A stretch of 64,000 nucleotides of DNA from Oikopleura dioica (lineage: Eukaryota > Animalia > Chordata), in NCBI GenBank assembly GCA_907165135.1, contig OU015569.1:3596001-3660000 (forward strand), given 5' to 3'. Shown piece after piece: positions 49,302 through 63,200 of this stretch. The notes beneath the pieces are model-generated. The model searched no databases. It saw only the letters and a program-made list of their open reading frames with translations, and was not told the DNA's origin. A program made the translations under genes and the position numbers. Position 1 is the stretch's first letter. Each line of letters starts with the position of its first letter.

Positions 49302-51192
49302 ATGTCGAAAAAAGAGAAAATCACTTTTGAAGTTAGTGGAGAGCGTTTTCAAACTTATAGAAGCACTATCGAGAAATTTTCAGCAACTCTCTTGGGGCTC
49401 GGTCAAAGATACCACCAAAAAATTGGATAAAAGAGGATCTTTCAAAGATCATCTTTGAACCAGGTATAAGGAAACCGAGAAAAATTGGAGCGATTTTGGG
49501 ACGAGAAGAAAGAAGTCTACGTTTTGAATAGAAGTCGTCTAGTTTTTCCGGAGCTGGATTAGTAGATCACAAATATAAAATATCCACATATCGTATTTTC
49601 TTCGTACGATCGAACATCCGCTTTTAGCTTGTTTTAACATTCTACCAATCCGGTGGGCGATTTCTATTCCGACCTGTGTTTGTTCCTATTGATGTCTTCG
49701 CGGAGGACATCATTTTTTATGGTCTGTATAAGTATTACAAACACGGGAAAGGTTTAATTTTCTTAAAAAATCTTTCTTTTTTGAAAATTTTAAAATGAAC
49801 CTTCAAAGTCCGATGCTTGACACATATGACCCTGAAGTCCTGAACACTGCGGACTCATTGTATGCGAAGCCGAATTCCAAATTTGTCGAACAAGTTCTGT
49901 TTATTGAAATTTTATTATTTTTTATTATTATCTTTTCATAGTTTATGATAAAATCTAATAGTGAGATTACCATAATTAGTCGAAAATCGAACTAACTGAA
50001 GACATAGAAGAGAACTGGACCAGAACAGAAGCGCTTTACCAGGTTTTGCATGAGAAAGACACGCCGATTCGCTCAATGTATGCAATAGTTTCCTGTGTCT
50101 TCGTCTTTGTTTCCCGTAAGCGACAATCTCTGCGATAATTATCCTAATTGATCGTCTTAGTTGGGGTATACGTAGCAGAATCCGTTGGAACTATTGCCAG
50201 CGACTATTTCAATACGATTCAAGTACTTAGCAGTAATAGAATCTTATAAATTAATTTTTAGGTTATTGAAGCAATAACTGTTGGTTATTTTACAATAGAA
50301 CTGCTCATCACAATGGCCGCAACTAGAGGAATCATAAAGGAAAGCTTGTAGAGTAATTTGAAAGATAGATGATGTATTTTTTTGAGCAAGATTAAAAGAG
50401 ATGTTCCTGGTATTTCCTGATCCATGCAATATCACTTGTTCCATTTTATACACAGTTTTTACTGGTCGCAATATTTGGTGTCCTGGATCGCCACGACATC
50501 GCAGATTTCTTCACATCGAAACTAAACGGCAGTGGTTTCTCAAACTTAATAGAATTCATGAGAGTGCTCCGGCTCTTACGACTGGCCCGACTGTCAACAC
50601 ATATGAGTACAATTCGACTGATCGCTGAAGTCGTCAAAGATTCCAAGGAGCAACTGTTCTTTCTGATGTTTATTTTCGCCTTCTCGTCGATCGGATTTGG
50701 AACTATTTTTTACATGTTTGAGCACACGCCTAAATCGGGGCCGACTTCTATTTCTGGGATCATAAATAATTAACTTTCCTCCTGTTCTTTCTCCTTTTTT
50801 ATTGTGAAAACTTGATCCCAAAAAGTCCTGATGCGATGTGGTGGAGTTCAGCAACAATAACGACACTTGGATATGGTGATTTGTACCCAAAGACAAATGC
50901 GGGAAAAGTATGCGCCGGCGTTTGCTCAGGTTCTTAGTTCTGTGTTTTATTCTGACTAGAGAATTCTAGTTATTGGAGTTCTAGCGCTGTCTCTTCCACT
51001 CCCTGCAATTGTCAACAGTTATCAAAAAGTCAAGAATCAAGAGAAAATCGAGAAAATGAGACAGGTACGGCCTGAAACGCTCGTTGTTGGAAATAATTTT
51101 AGAAAATTCTATCGTGCACGAACGTTACGAAGAAAGCAAAGACGCTCATTTTTCTTTTTGATGACCGAAAAGCCTCCGATTTTGCAAGATAA
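49302..51192 (+). CDS. Divergent voltage-gated K+ channel subunit (T1 domain, S4, pore)
   Basis: T1 motifs FEVSGERFQT, TLLG and FYQSGG; S4 RVLRLLRLARL; pore DAMWWSSATITTLGYGDLYPKT; S6 GVLALSLPLP. Confidence 0.88.
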
Positions 51193-51269
51193 AACAACGA
51201 TTACTTCGCAAAATTCACTGCTCGCATTTGTCGGTTAACGTTTATTATGTTCTGTTTTTTTACAATCTA

Positions 51270-54200
51270 TCAAAGTTCAAGCCAAAGATCAAACTCATCA
51301 TACAGATTAATGAGACTGTCGAATTGTTTCTCTTGGTTGACGCAAAAATCATCCCCACAGTCACCCGTTCCATTGCGAATAATATTCCAAACATGCGTAG
51401 ACGGATCGTATGCGGATAACTCGGTGATTTCCTAAAAACATTATCGAGCGTAAACTCGAAAGACGAAAACCTCTTCTCTTAAGAATTTGCCGACAACGTT
51501 CCGATAAGATTTTCCAAAAGCAACGTCTTTGGGATCAATTGCTCCATTCCCTTCCCAGCCATTTCGAACAGGCGTATTTCTATGAATTCAATTGACTACA
51601 AGTTTAAAATGCTTTCGCCTTACACTTGCTCATTCGCGAAAAGATAGTATTCGCCAGTAACGCAGTGACAGGAGGACTCATAGCAGTTCTTCATATATTT
51701 TCTAAGAGGCGCTCCAAGTGGGTATGCTACACGAGCAACTTCGAGGATTGCAGAAATTTTGTTTTCTTCCATGTCAAGATGATCCAGTGCATTTCTCAAA
51801 TGTCCAAAAAAAGACTTTTTATGGGTGATTGATTTATAGATATTTTATGCAGCTTTCCTCGATTATTCGCGAGTGCCAACGGCAAACATCATACAATGTT
51901 TACACGTTTTCCTATTACCATCTTATCGAAATGTTGCAATTAACTACCCTGTCCATGAAGTGAGCCACCTCTCCATTTCATCTGAGCAATCACATCGGGC
52001 TTCCCAAGGACGATTCTCGTTAAAATCCTCGATCAACTGCAAAATCGCATCAGCTAATTCTTGAAGGTTGTCTCCAGGTCCGCGTGCTAGGAAAAAATTC
52101 TCAACGTCGACTTCCGCATCCTGGCATTTTTGACGACATCCAAGAACATCCAACAGCTCGTCACCTTTGTCAAAACCCAAATTATTGTAGATAACTTCTT
52201 CATAAAATTTCAGGGGAACTCGTGCTTGCCTAAACGTCAAATCGAGTGATTTGTTATCATCGTGAAGATCAATATTTTATTAAAAATTAATAACAACCAA
52301 TATAAACTATAATACGCACTAACAGTTAGTGACTATCTCTGTCGACAGAGAGGCTGTGAACTAACCGAATGTCGTAATGCTGGAAGAATGGTTTGTCCAG
52401 ATCCTCCAAAACTAATCCGGGCAATCTTGATTCTTCTTTCCAAAGAATATCTTCAAGAAACTCTTCTGACTCATTTTCAGTTACTCCAACATAGAGTTTA
52501 GTATTCGGCTTTACATGGCCAGCCTTGATGCTAGGATGGACATCTTTTTCGATGACAATACCGTCAATAAGAGGGGCGTAAGGTTCCTCTAAATGCTGAA
52601 CCACGTCGTTTTCAACAACATCCTGAAAAAGTCTCTTCTTTTCTCTTATACGCAAACCGTTTTAACCTTGATGATTGGGCGGAGCTCGAGAGAATTTTTT
52701 ATTTCTTCAGCAGGTAAACTTCGAAGACACTCCAAATTTTGAACTTTTTTGCCGTCTTTTTCTTCTAGACATCCAAGCTTCTCTGCTGCTTCGTGATAGA
52801 ACTGACGAGCTTTTTCAACAGTGTAAAGAGGAATGCCAACTGGAGGGGACCACGAAAGGATGTTTTTGAAGAGTCCCCATGAGCCTGTTTTAGGGTCAAT
52901 GAATATATCTTTACAATGTCAACGTATAGTCAGTTATGTGATATCTTATATGAAGATCAATCAAAGTTAAGTTTCAAAACCTATTCCTTTACTGGTGAAA
53001 TGGATAAAAGATGACTGGCCACCTGAATATACCTTGGTATAAACTTTGATTTTTGATACGGATAGCTTAAACTATGCCATGTTTTGTGCAAAAGCGAACA
53101 CTGATATTGCAGCGATCTAAGCACACGGTGAGCACTATTTTAGAGATATACTATCTGCACTTTGGCTTCTAAAGTGCGATAATTAAGAGAGCTAGTTTAA
53201 CATCCATTGAGATACCTGCACTACATCCCGAAAGATTTATGTTCTCGGGATCTCCGCCGAACCCAGCGATGTATTTATTAGTCCATTCGAGAGCAGCACG
53301 TTGATCTTATGATGTTCGTCATTCCACGAAAACGGAAGTCTGAATCATTACCTAATATTCCCCAATTGGAGACAAATCCATCCTCGTCAGGAGAATCAAG
53401 CGTCCAAAATCCGAACCCATGTAAACGGTAATTTGGCTCCACTACGATAACATTTTGTTCCGCCGCCAAGCGATCACCTTAAATTATCAAAATAAGCTTC
53501 AGAAGTACTAATAAACATTGCGCAAAAGAAAAAACATCACAGAAGTTTGATTATCAGGCGTTTTTGCCGTTTCAAATCAGATCTTGGCGAACAGGACAAA
53601 TACTCATAAATTTGACTTTTAATAGGATGCGCTAAAAGTCCTCAAACAAACTTATCAGCAAAAGTATTTGCTCAATCATACCTCTGATTCGGTCAATATC
53701 GTTGGTTCCAGAATAAAAGCTCCGCCGTGTAGGTAGACCATTACTGGTAAGTTCTTTCCTTCCGAAGCGCCTGCAGAAACATTAAGAAAAATTATACAAC
53801 TGAAGTTCCGGACTCACCAGGAGGCAAGTAGATGTTAATATTGAGGCAGTCTTCGCTGTCTGTCCGATCGTAAGTGAAAGGAAAGCAGGAGTTACCATCA
53901 GAAGTAGCATCGATGACATCTTCAGTCTCATAAGTAAAGATTTCGGGTTTCGAAAATCGCTTCGCTTTAGCAAAAGTCACACCTAGAAGATTCACTGCAC
54001 ATGCTTAGAAAGAGATCGAAAATTTTTCCTAAATGATAAAATGTAAAATTTTTCTAATATAAATTTTGAGCTCTTGTCTGGTGAACGACGTGCTCTGAAA
54101 GTAGCGAGGTCATTGTGGAACACAAGTGTTTCTAATTGAGGACATTCAATCGGAGTAGTTGTTGTTGTGGTAGTTGTTGTAGTTGTTGTTGTAGATGGTG

Positions 54201-54399
54201 TTGTTTTCTCGTCAGTTTCACCGCCCCAGATTCCGAAACCGGCGCCGATTCCGACACCCAAGCCGACTAAAAGCGCGAGAGAAACACCAACGAGCAGCTT
54301 TGTCCTGCCTTTAAAAAGCTCTCAAAGTAAAACTCTCTTGTAGTAGAGCAAAGTTAAAATGGATTCTTTGGGTATTTTCTCTCGGAGCGTGCCTGACAT
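51270..54399 (-). CDS. Type-B carboxylesterase/lipase with N-terminal membrane anchor and Thr-rich stalk
   Basis: SEDCLNINIY, VYLHGGAF, VEPNYRLHGFGF and nucleophile elbow GCSAGG (spliced). N-terminal LLVGVSLALLVGLGVGIGAG is followed by poly-Thr. Confidence 0.85.
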
Positions 54400-55136
54400 T
54401 CTTCGTTGAGAAGAATGTTTGAATCAAAATCAGATATTGTTTACTGCTTGATCAGCACGTTGGCATCTGTAATTGATTGCACGATATATTTACAAAAGGA
54501 TTTGCGCCACATGCAATGCTAACATGCTTGACGTTTGCTAGTTCTATGAAGTTAGATGAAGTGCTTCAAACTTGGCATTTAGTCTAGTACACACCCACAT
54601 CCGCGCAAATTTCCATTTCAAGCAATTATTTTGATTTCCGATGGTCCCATTCCAAAGTTTTGAAAGTGCGTAACTATCATCTAAGTTTGAAGTGTTGTGG
54701 TACACTTTCTTTTCTCAGCTTTTTTCGATAAGGTTGCATCGTGTGAACGCTATCTCACGCAACGCAACGCGCACGTGTACTGCGCCCTGTTCGAAATCAC
54801 TCTTCAGAAAACGAGCTCTTCCTTTTTGCATCAGTAAACAAACCTATCAACTTCAAAATTTATCGCGCAACTTCCAAAACGTCGGCTATCGGCGCCAAGA
54901 TATTCACAAAATTAAAACACATAAAGAAGATAAGCTGGACCAACATACACCAAAGCTAATGATAAGTCACGTAAGCCGCTTCCTTGAGCTTCAGAAGAAA
55001 AAAAACGCCCTGATATCAGCGTTGTGTTGCAGTAGCAGGTTAACTCTTTATTCAGTATTTTACTAGTCAAAATACGAGGTCAGCAGCAGTATTTACAATT
55101 AATATATACAAACTCGTTGGTTTCATTTCTGTTGAT

Positions 55137-57095
55137 CAAATACACTTTTGAAGAATCTCGATTCCACTCTGGTCAGCTTTCTTATCTTCGTCTGATACAT
55201 TCAGCAAATTTCGACGAATCTATAAAGAAAAATAGCTTAGGATATTACGAAAGGCGATTAATTGAACTTCTTTCTAAAGCAGTCGAGGATGCGAGATCAT
55301 CCTCTCCTATCAGATTTAATCCTGGCTTACCGAGGTAAGCAGCAGATTCCTATTAGACAGCTCATTCCAGCTGAAATCGAAAATTGTCTTCCAAACTGTG
55401 TAAAAGCCAATGTGGTTAGCTTGAGCAGTGAATTGACTCCCTTGTCCATGTAGCAAAGCGCATGTTCGCGGTTCCGACAATGCACTGCAGTAGCAATCAT
55501 CTTTATTAGAATTTAAAACCTATTGAAGTTCACGAATAAACAAATTGAAAGTTGTGATTCGATTGTTTCAAACATTTCCTTTGGTACATGTGTTGAGACC
55601 CCAAGATCGCAGGTTCCACTCACAGGGCAGAATCGCCATCTTCTCCTTGTTCTCGCTGAACAACGCGTTCATCGCGCATTGATCAGCAAGATAGTGCACT
55701 CTTGGGAGCAGATGAAAGCTGATCGATTCCAAAAGTGCTTTTTCGAAAGAATTCTAGCGTCAATGTCAACAACATGTTCGTATACATTAATCCTTACGTT
55801 TGAGTCTTCTGAAACTGGAGTGCGATAGTCGGACTTGAGAAGTCTACCAAAGGTTTTTTTATATAATCGGGGAAAAAAACGATCATCTGTTACTTTCAAC
55901 CCTTTCTTGGCACATTGTAGAGAAGAAGGCCTCCATTGAGCCCGTACTTATTATGAGCGTATGGTCTGTGCGAATAATAGCCTTTTTCGTTCCAAGGATG
56001 CTCTTCTGCCATTCCAACAGCTGCTTCCGATCCGAAATCGTCGAAGATGTCGAATAGCTCTTCAGCTGTTAATTGATAAGAACTGAACACGGTCGACGAA
56101 ATACTGCAGTTAGTGTGTGTTCAGGATCGGGACAGTTCTAATCAGTTCCTGGGCGTAGGAATATCGTGTCAGCGTCAATCAGCAGGACTTTGTCTAAATC
56201 GCTAAAAGTTTGATGAAAAGTTACCTTGAGATGCCCGCAGCCTTTGAATTTCAAAACATCTTTCAGAATGTCCATTTCTTTACGCGTTAGATCTTCCCTG
56301 ATGTCAAACGAAATTTCAAATGGAGCATCCTGGGGGAAAATTTGTTGAACTTGATCAGTGACTTGTTCAACGTCGTTTGTCGCAATGCGGAAATTGACTT
56401 TACGATTCGAGAATGCCAAAACGCTCTGAAGAGATCAAATAAGAAAAGACTCCTTGTTACCGGTGGCGTTTTTCTTCTGCGGTCGCTAGCGGTAATTTGT
56501 TGCCTCGCCGTTTACGTTATTTTTCTCAGAAAAGGGATAATGGACTCCCAGATTGAGTACTATCTATTTCGGCGAAGGTAGCGTCTAGATCTACGGAAGA
56601 AAGATACGGACTTCGCTTACGTTTCATTCAGAAAAAAAATGGCAAACAAAGTGAACTTTTATCGAGGGAGGTCGACTGTATATAAATACCTTTGCAGAGG
56701 CAATAAATTGTTCGAGAAGAAAATCTCGATTACTACCGCCATTGAGGCAGAGAATGTATCCAATGTTAATTTCTTTCTGCTTGGTGGGGCGAAAATGCAG
56801 TTTTCCTTCATAACCACCAGACGCCACAGAGCCCAAGTCAATTCTTTCATCCGGTTAGTTCTTTATTAATTGGGCTCAAACGAAGGAACATGATCGTTAA
56901 TATAGAATCAGTTTCCGGTCCTGGAGCGGAAAATTTTTAATCAAGAAAGACATCCGGCCAGGAACAAGAATCTAACCGGTTTCCTTTTGATTTTGCCGTC
57001 AATTTGAGTAGAATAATTATGATTGTCTGGAGCTAGTGAACGCCGGAAAGACTTCTTCTGCGATGAGCCGAGCAATCCTGTTAAACTCACCATGC
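55137..57095 (-). CDS. GT8 glycosyltransferase, glucoside xylosyltransferase (GXYLT)-like
   Basis: KVLLIDADTIFLRP (DxD), GMAEEH, YYSHRPYAHNKYGLNGGLLLYN. The 5' and 3' ends are uncertain. Confidence 0.65.
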
Positions 57096-58957
57096 CAACT
57101 AAAAATGATTGAAAAAAAAGGTCGCAAAAGAAAAACGAAAGATCGGACAAGCAATGTTTTTAGAGAGAGAGTAAAAATGTTATGTATTCCGCCAGGCAGG
57201 GATTTTTCAATCAAACTAAATATTTTTCCAACGGAGCATTTGAAACTCTGTTTTCACAAGGAACCCGCAGAATCAATACGACTGCGACCAGCTATAATTT
57301 GAAATTACTTCGTACCATCGAGCCAGAATAATCTCATCAATGCGCAACGTGTGAATTCTTGATTCACAAAAATAAAAAAAATATTGTTTTTTGAAAATAA
57401 TTGATTTCATTCTTTTTCGAACCAACGAGGACAGATCAGATTTATCCAAAAAAATTGGCGATAAATAAAATTTAACGAAGAAAATAAATTGAATTGAATC
57501 ATGCCAAAGTTTGTCATCGAAGGTGCCATCGACTATAGCTGCCGTTTTTGTTAGACACGAAGTTGATTAGGTGGAACATGTAAAGCGGTCTCGAGAGTTC
57601 CTTCGAATGTTCCAAAAATGTCTTGTCCGGGACTCATCCTCAACACCTAAAACGAATCAAAGCGATTTGCCACGGAGGAAAGGTGACCTTTTGTCGATTT
57701 CCGCCACTCACTTTTCTTATCTCAGTTTTATTTTGGCAAGATCAACTTTTTGCTTTGATTAGTTCTAATTGACGTTTGATTATTTCACTGGAACTGATCT
57801 GTATTCAAATTTGATAACAAATACCCCAAAACAGTCTTTTATTCTATTTAAAATTATCAAATCATCATCATCTCATATTAACCGCGTCAGGGGATCAAAA
57901 AATGGGTAATTACTTCCTTTGCTTATAGATTACATTTATGCTCAACGGAAAAGCTTTCTTCTGAAGACTTAGCATGGCTTAGCACTGAACGGATTCTCCG
58001 TCTACAGAGTCCAAAACATGACAGCTGTCACGCAAACACATACTCTTGAAGACCATCACTAAAAACCCCCAAAAAAATCAACTCGCAAGTCAATTCTTGA
58101 TTGTTTGCTCTAGCTAGTATAATATTTTATGAGAAGAATATTTGTTTGAAATTTATCCATTTTCGTCGTTTGAAATTACCTGTGAGTACCATTGAAGAAG
58201 CGACAAACACGAGCAGCGTCAAAAAACATAATCTCAACCCTTCGGAAGAATTCATTTTACTATCTCTAGAAGAGTTCTCCTTGTGCACTTTCTTTTTCTT
58301 GAACGGAGTTTCTCTGGAAGCATCATTATCTCTAAATTGGCTTAATAAAGATTCGAAATTGAGGGTCAATTTGTGCTCACATTGTCGGCAACATGCTCTC
58401 TGCGAAATTTCACCGGTTCAAAAAAAAAAACACTCAATTCACTTCTTCCGAAAACAGAGCAGTCGTAATTCCAACAGAGTTCAATCGACGGTTTTCTTTA
58501 TTTTCTGGAGATTTTAGCGAAGAGGGCGCTCTTTTGCGAAATTTCACGAAAATGGTAGCGCGCCACCTAAGCGCGGAACATCGAAATGGCCGCTTCTTTA
58601 GGAAGATATGTGCGACATGTGGATATTTTTCCACAAGCGAAACGATAAGGCTAATTAGTGATAAGAATTTTTATTTTGGTTGTTGCGGCGCGCCGGCCGC
58701 AAACCACTTGATCTCGTTTTCACTTCTCGGAAGAAGCAGAATGGAAGGTCATCTTCTTGTTTACGGATTGCTACACGCAGATATACTGATTCTTTCGTTC
58801 TTTTCTTCCCTTGGATGAACGAGACTGTGCAAGAATTTGTTCTCAAGATTCTGAAGTCAGAACATTTATTAAATTATTTATTAGCAGAATATTTACAAAA
58901 GGCACTTTTTATGTTTTCTATTTGGGTCTTTATCCATGAACTCATCGAATGAGCTCT

Positions 58958-61212
58958 TTACTTTCCTCTTTCATTGAAGATATCGAATTTATAACAACAG
59001 TAAAGCATGCAGATCAACGTGATAATGATTCCAATGATGACCATCCAAATAGCCAATGCTTTAGAACTCTTTTTCTCTTCTATAACTTCCGATTCTTCTG
59101 GCTCCACTGAATCAAATGTAATGAAAAGTAAGCACTTTATGATGATTTACTTATTTGGGAGTCACTGTCCGGCGGTGTTTCCGAACTCGGAATCGGCTGG
59201 ATAATATTTCTTGGCGATTGGTGGAGAATTTCTTGCAGGGAAGGAGGATGATAAACTCGTGGAGCCTCACTAGCTTTCGATGTCGGCCAAGGTGAGAATT
59301 CGTTCGAGTTCCAGGCACCTGACCAGGGGGTCTTTATTAGGTTGTTATAAAACAAGCATCTACAGAACACAAAGAAACTGCATTTGAAATTTATCAAAAT
59401 TCTTATTGCTCGGTTAATTATGACTAATACATATAAAACCAGTTCCTGTGCAAAATTAGTCGACGTTGTTGCCTGTCGTTTAGTCGCTTGAGGTCGCGTT
59501 GGTGGCGCTTTCGTTGTCGATGTTGTTGACGACTTTGCTAATTCTTCACCTGCTTGCGCGTTGTAGAACTGGTTAATTGTAGGATAAGGGCTTTTATTTG
59601 GCGTCGATGTTGATTTCACCGGCCTCCAAGCTGGTTTTGTTGGTGCTGATTTTTTCGGCGGCGGCGTTTTGTTTCGAGTTGTCTTCGTCGTCGTCGTCGT
59701 CGTTGTAGTTGTGGTTGTTTGCTTTTTAGTTTTTGGACGCACTGATGCTGATGGGCTCGGGCTGATATTGATTTAGAGCATGATTAATAAAAAAAATAAA
59801 TACTTGCCTAGGAGTTGTAGCAGTTGGTTTCGACTTCTCCGAATTAACTTCTACTTTTGAGTCGTTCTCAGCATTAGCAGGTCTTTTGCACTCCGTGAAA
59901 AGCCAATCGTCCATCCCAACGACTATCAAGAAAATAAGTTTTGGAATCATGAAAGACTAATTACCTGTGCCCTTGGCGGCATGGACCGAAATTGTCAGCG
60001 AACTTGAGGGTTTCCATCCATACAACTTCTGAACTTTCACCCAACGCGGAGTATTTGGCAAAAGAACGCTGTTTGGTACACATCTCAACGATTTCTTTAT
60101 CTTTCGTTCATTCTTTGCCTTGCATTCACTCGCGGGCTGTTGATTCTTACATTCTTCTTCGAAAATGTGTTGTCTTTTAACTTCGTCGCACATCTCCTAT
60201 CAAAATGTTACGGATATTTTTAAAACGTTGATTCATACGTGAGATTCTGGGTAAATCTTCATTAAATCGTAGCTGAGCTCGCGATTTTCATGGATCTCCT
60301 TTGGAACATTCGCCCAAAAAGATTGAATTACTAGCTCGAAGTCAGATGAGAGAAAGACGACCTCGACTTCCAGACAAATTTTACTTTATTGATGGTTTGC
60401 CAAAGTCCTTTAATTGCTGGATAATCCTACTAATAGAACAGAGCTGGATGTGTTGTCCTTGTTGTTGGCATACCATGACCTGAGTTTTCCATCAACTTTA
60501 CGCATTTCTTGCTTTTGAAATTCAAAGGTGCTCCAATTTTCTTCAATTTGCGACGTATTCCAGTAAAGATATTTGTTTTTGTCATCTCCATTAACAAAAA
60601 GAATATCTTTAAGTGGGCGAGGCCTTTTCTGAGAGAGGTTCTTCGGAAGTCGCATATCATCAGTAACTGATTCGTTTTCAAAATCTGTGCTGATCTCATC
60701 TGGGCGCGAGTTTGCTTGTTTCAGAACTATAGGCGCCTCTGGCATATTATTTGTTTCAAGCTGAAAATAGGGTTTTACTCATCAACATATCTTTTAAAAG
60801 GGGGATAAATAAAAACCCTGACTGAAATCCACTCGGTTGTATCTTGAAGCCAGTGTGACTTTTTTTGTCTATTCTAAGTGACTCAGTCGAGAATTTTTTT
60901 ACAAGTAATGCCTAAAAATAACTCATCAATTCCAAATAATAAATAAATGAAATCAATTCCAGTAATGTGAGTCTGTTAAAAGATACCTGAGCGTTTTCAT
61001 GATCCTTTATTGTGAAAGAGTCGGCTATTGCGAGCAAGGTAAGCTGAAACAGTTTTTTCTTTTGCATTATTCGGAATTCTTATTCTCTCTGTCTGAGTAG
61101 TTTTCTGAAGAGTGCACCTCACCGAGAGGTTTGTTGAATGAAAAATGAACGGCGCTTTCGCAGGGCACTCAAATCGCCTGAATCCACCATCAAACTTTAA
61201 TCGCTTCTTCAT
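58958..61212 (-). CDS. Thr/Pro-rich mucin-like type I membrane protein(s), orphan
   Basis: Cys-containing exons, a TTTTTT/PPT-rich exon and C-terminal TM LAIWMVIIGIIITLICMLYCC followed by a short tail. May be one or two genes. Confidence 0.5.
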
Positions 61213-61421
61213 TTTTTATCACAAAGTACCCTACCACTTCCAAATCAAAGAATAATTTTATTCGCCGCATACTCTAAACCATCTTCTACGACAGCTAGGC
61301 CTCACCTGAAATCACGAATGAAATTGACCTTTTTGAAAAAAAATCTGTATCATCTCTAGAATGATACTGGAATTAAGGGTTTATCAAAAGCTAAGGAAAT
61401 GTCTGTCACTCATCCTAAATC

Positions 61422-61742
61422 ATGCCCTACCCCGTGCCGGAAAACACTGTCCAGTGGCTCTACTTCTATATTGTCGTGCCCGGCCTCGTCGTAATATTCT
61501 TTATCGAGGGTAAGTCTTGTTTAATAATAATGATCAAACAATGTTTTTCAGTCATCTGGCCGCAAATCTGCAAAATACTCCTGTGGTGCTTGATTCGATA
61601 CATGGAGTATCAAGGAGACCAGGAACGAGCGCGCCGGGCACGACAACGCGAAGAAGAGCAACGAAAAATGAATGAGGACGACGCGCAAGAGCAGGCTGAT
61701 AATTCGGGCGACGGACGAAACATTCTCAATCGAGTATTGTAG
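61422..61742 (+). CDS. Small single-pass membrane orphan
   Basis: ATG, hydrophobic WLYFYIVVPGLVVIFFIE|VIWP, one GT-AG intron and a charged tail. Confidence 0.5.
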   Translation: MPYPVPENTVQWLYFYIVVPGLVVIFFIEGKSCLIIMIKQCFSVIWPQICKILLWCLIRYMEYQGDQERARRARQREEEQRKMNEDDAQEQADNSGDGRNILNRVL

Positions 61743-63200
61743 AAATTTACACAGAATAGCTCTAACGTTTACTTAGATGCCACTTGCAAGCGGTGAACGA
61801 AAGCAAATCGTGTTCAAGTAACCCCATCGATGGCCAACTTCTCACAGATACATCCATTCTATACTCATCTCTACAGTCAATAGTCCAACTCTCTCTCTTT
61901 CTCTGTGCACATCTGTATTCCAACACCAGTCTTATATTCTCCTGTATTCAACTCATTCTCGTCTGTATTCTTTCTCTAAAATAAAAACTGAATTCGCCAA
62001 ATCTATTCTAAAGATATCGATTAACAAAATACGAGACGCATATATATTTTTATCCAAATCCAGACTCGCGCTGACAACTTCACGCTTTCACTTCTTTGGT
62101 AGAAAAAGATGTTCATAGAGAAGCATTTTGCGATTCACAACGAGTCAGTTGTGATTTCTCTTCACGAATTGACCAGCTTCGTCAGAATAAGGGATGAGAA
62201 GTTGGTCGTAATGACACGGTAGGAATCAGGAGTACAAGTAGTGTTCACAGTTTCGTTTCGTGAGCAGGGACCAATTCTGTTCGATTATAAAAGATTCACA
62301 GCGACAAAACCGCCCGTGTTCAGTCTTTTTGTACAGTGTCGACGGAACTCAGGTATATTGCAATTTGCCTTATTTCATTAACAGTTGATGCAGTCTGTTG
62401 ACCAAGGTGATGGGGAAGTTTCTTTCATTGAGCAAATTGCTTTCGGCTTAGAGTATCATCCATATTTCAACCATATGAGAAGGATTAACACACAGTTTTG
62501 GATATCAAAAAGCGTTGGCTTTACTAATCCTTTTGAAGATATATCTTCTTCTTACTATCTTGTTGGTGATAGTTTTTTGGTGGTCTTTTCGTCAACTCCA
62601 AGAGGCGGTTTGGTGCCCAACTCCACCACATAATACTTGGAGGTAATGAATATCAACAACAATTTGATTATTCGTTCTAGCGATGACAAGTGCTACCGAA
62701 ACCAGCACAAGATCACGCGATTGTCAAAGAAAGAAAAGCGAAAGACCACTATCGGCGGCCATGATCAAAGAGTAAGAATAAAATATAAAAAAAGATAATT
62801 CTTTCTAATTTCAGTTTTCGTTGTTGCAACGTTACTACTCAAACGAGAGAAGCTTTCGAGCATTCATGAAAGTGGTGCACTAGTTTAACCTCATAAAGGC
62901 GATCTTTATGTAAACGCGTCCTGGCACCTCGCTGAAAGATCTGACTATCTTTCGTTAAGATGATACTCTTTGAATCGTGAAAATAACTTATATATTTTAC
63001 AAATAAAAAACTTATAACTTGGGAATTTACTTCCCTTTACAATAGGATATTCAAGTGTTTCCTGTTATTTTGAGCAATTTCCTCACAAAACATTGAATTA
63101 ATTCCGCAAATTTGATTGATGTCCTCAATAAAATATTGACAGTCGGATTTTGAAGGAATAGCTGGCTTCATTTATTTACAGGGATAAACATTCAATGAGA

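Noticed and set aside
53010-53235. Apparent AT/GA donor at the carboxylesterase nucleophile elbow
   Set aside because: Extending the exon gives GCSA G|GT...AG, a canonical intron with an intact GCSAG motif.
48700-59720. (GTT/GTC/GTA)n microsatellite-like tracts at ~48700, ~54160 and ~59690
   Set aside because: They are coding poly-Thr stalks of minus-strand genes, not independent repeats.
62109-62870. Possible multi-exon orphan gene
   Set aside because: Exons could not be joined without stops and no homology was recognised.
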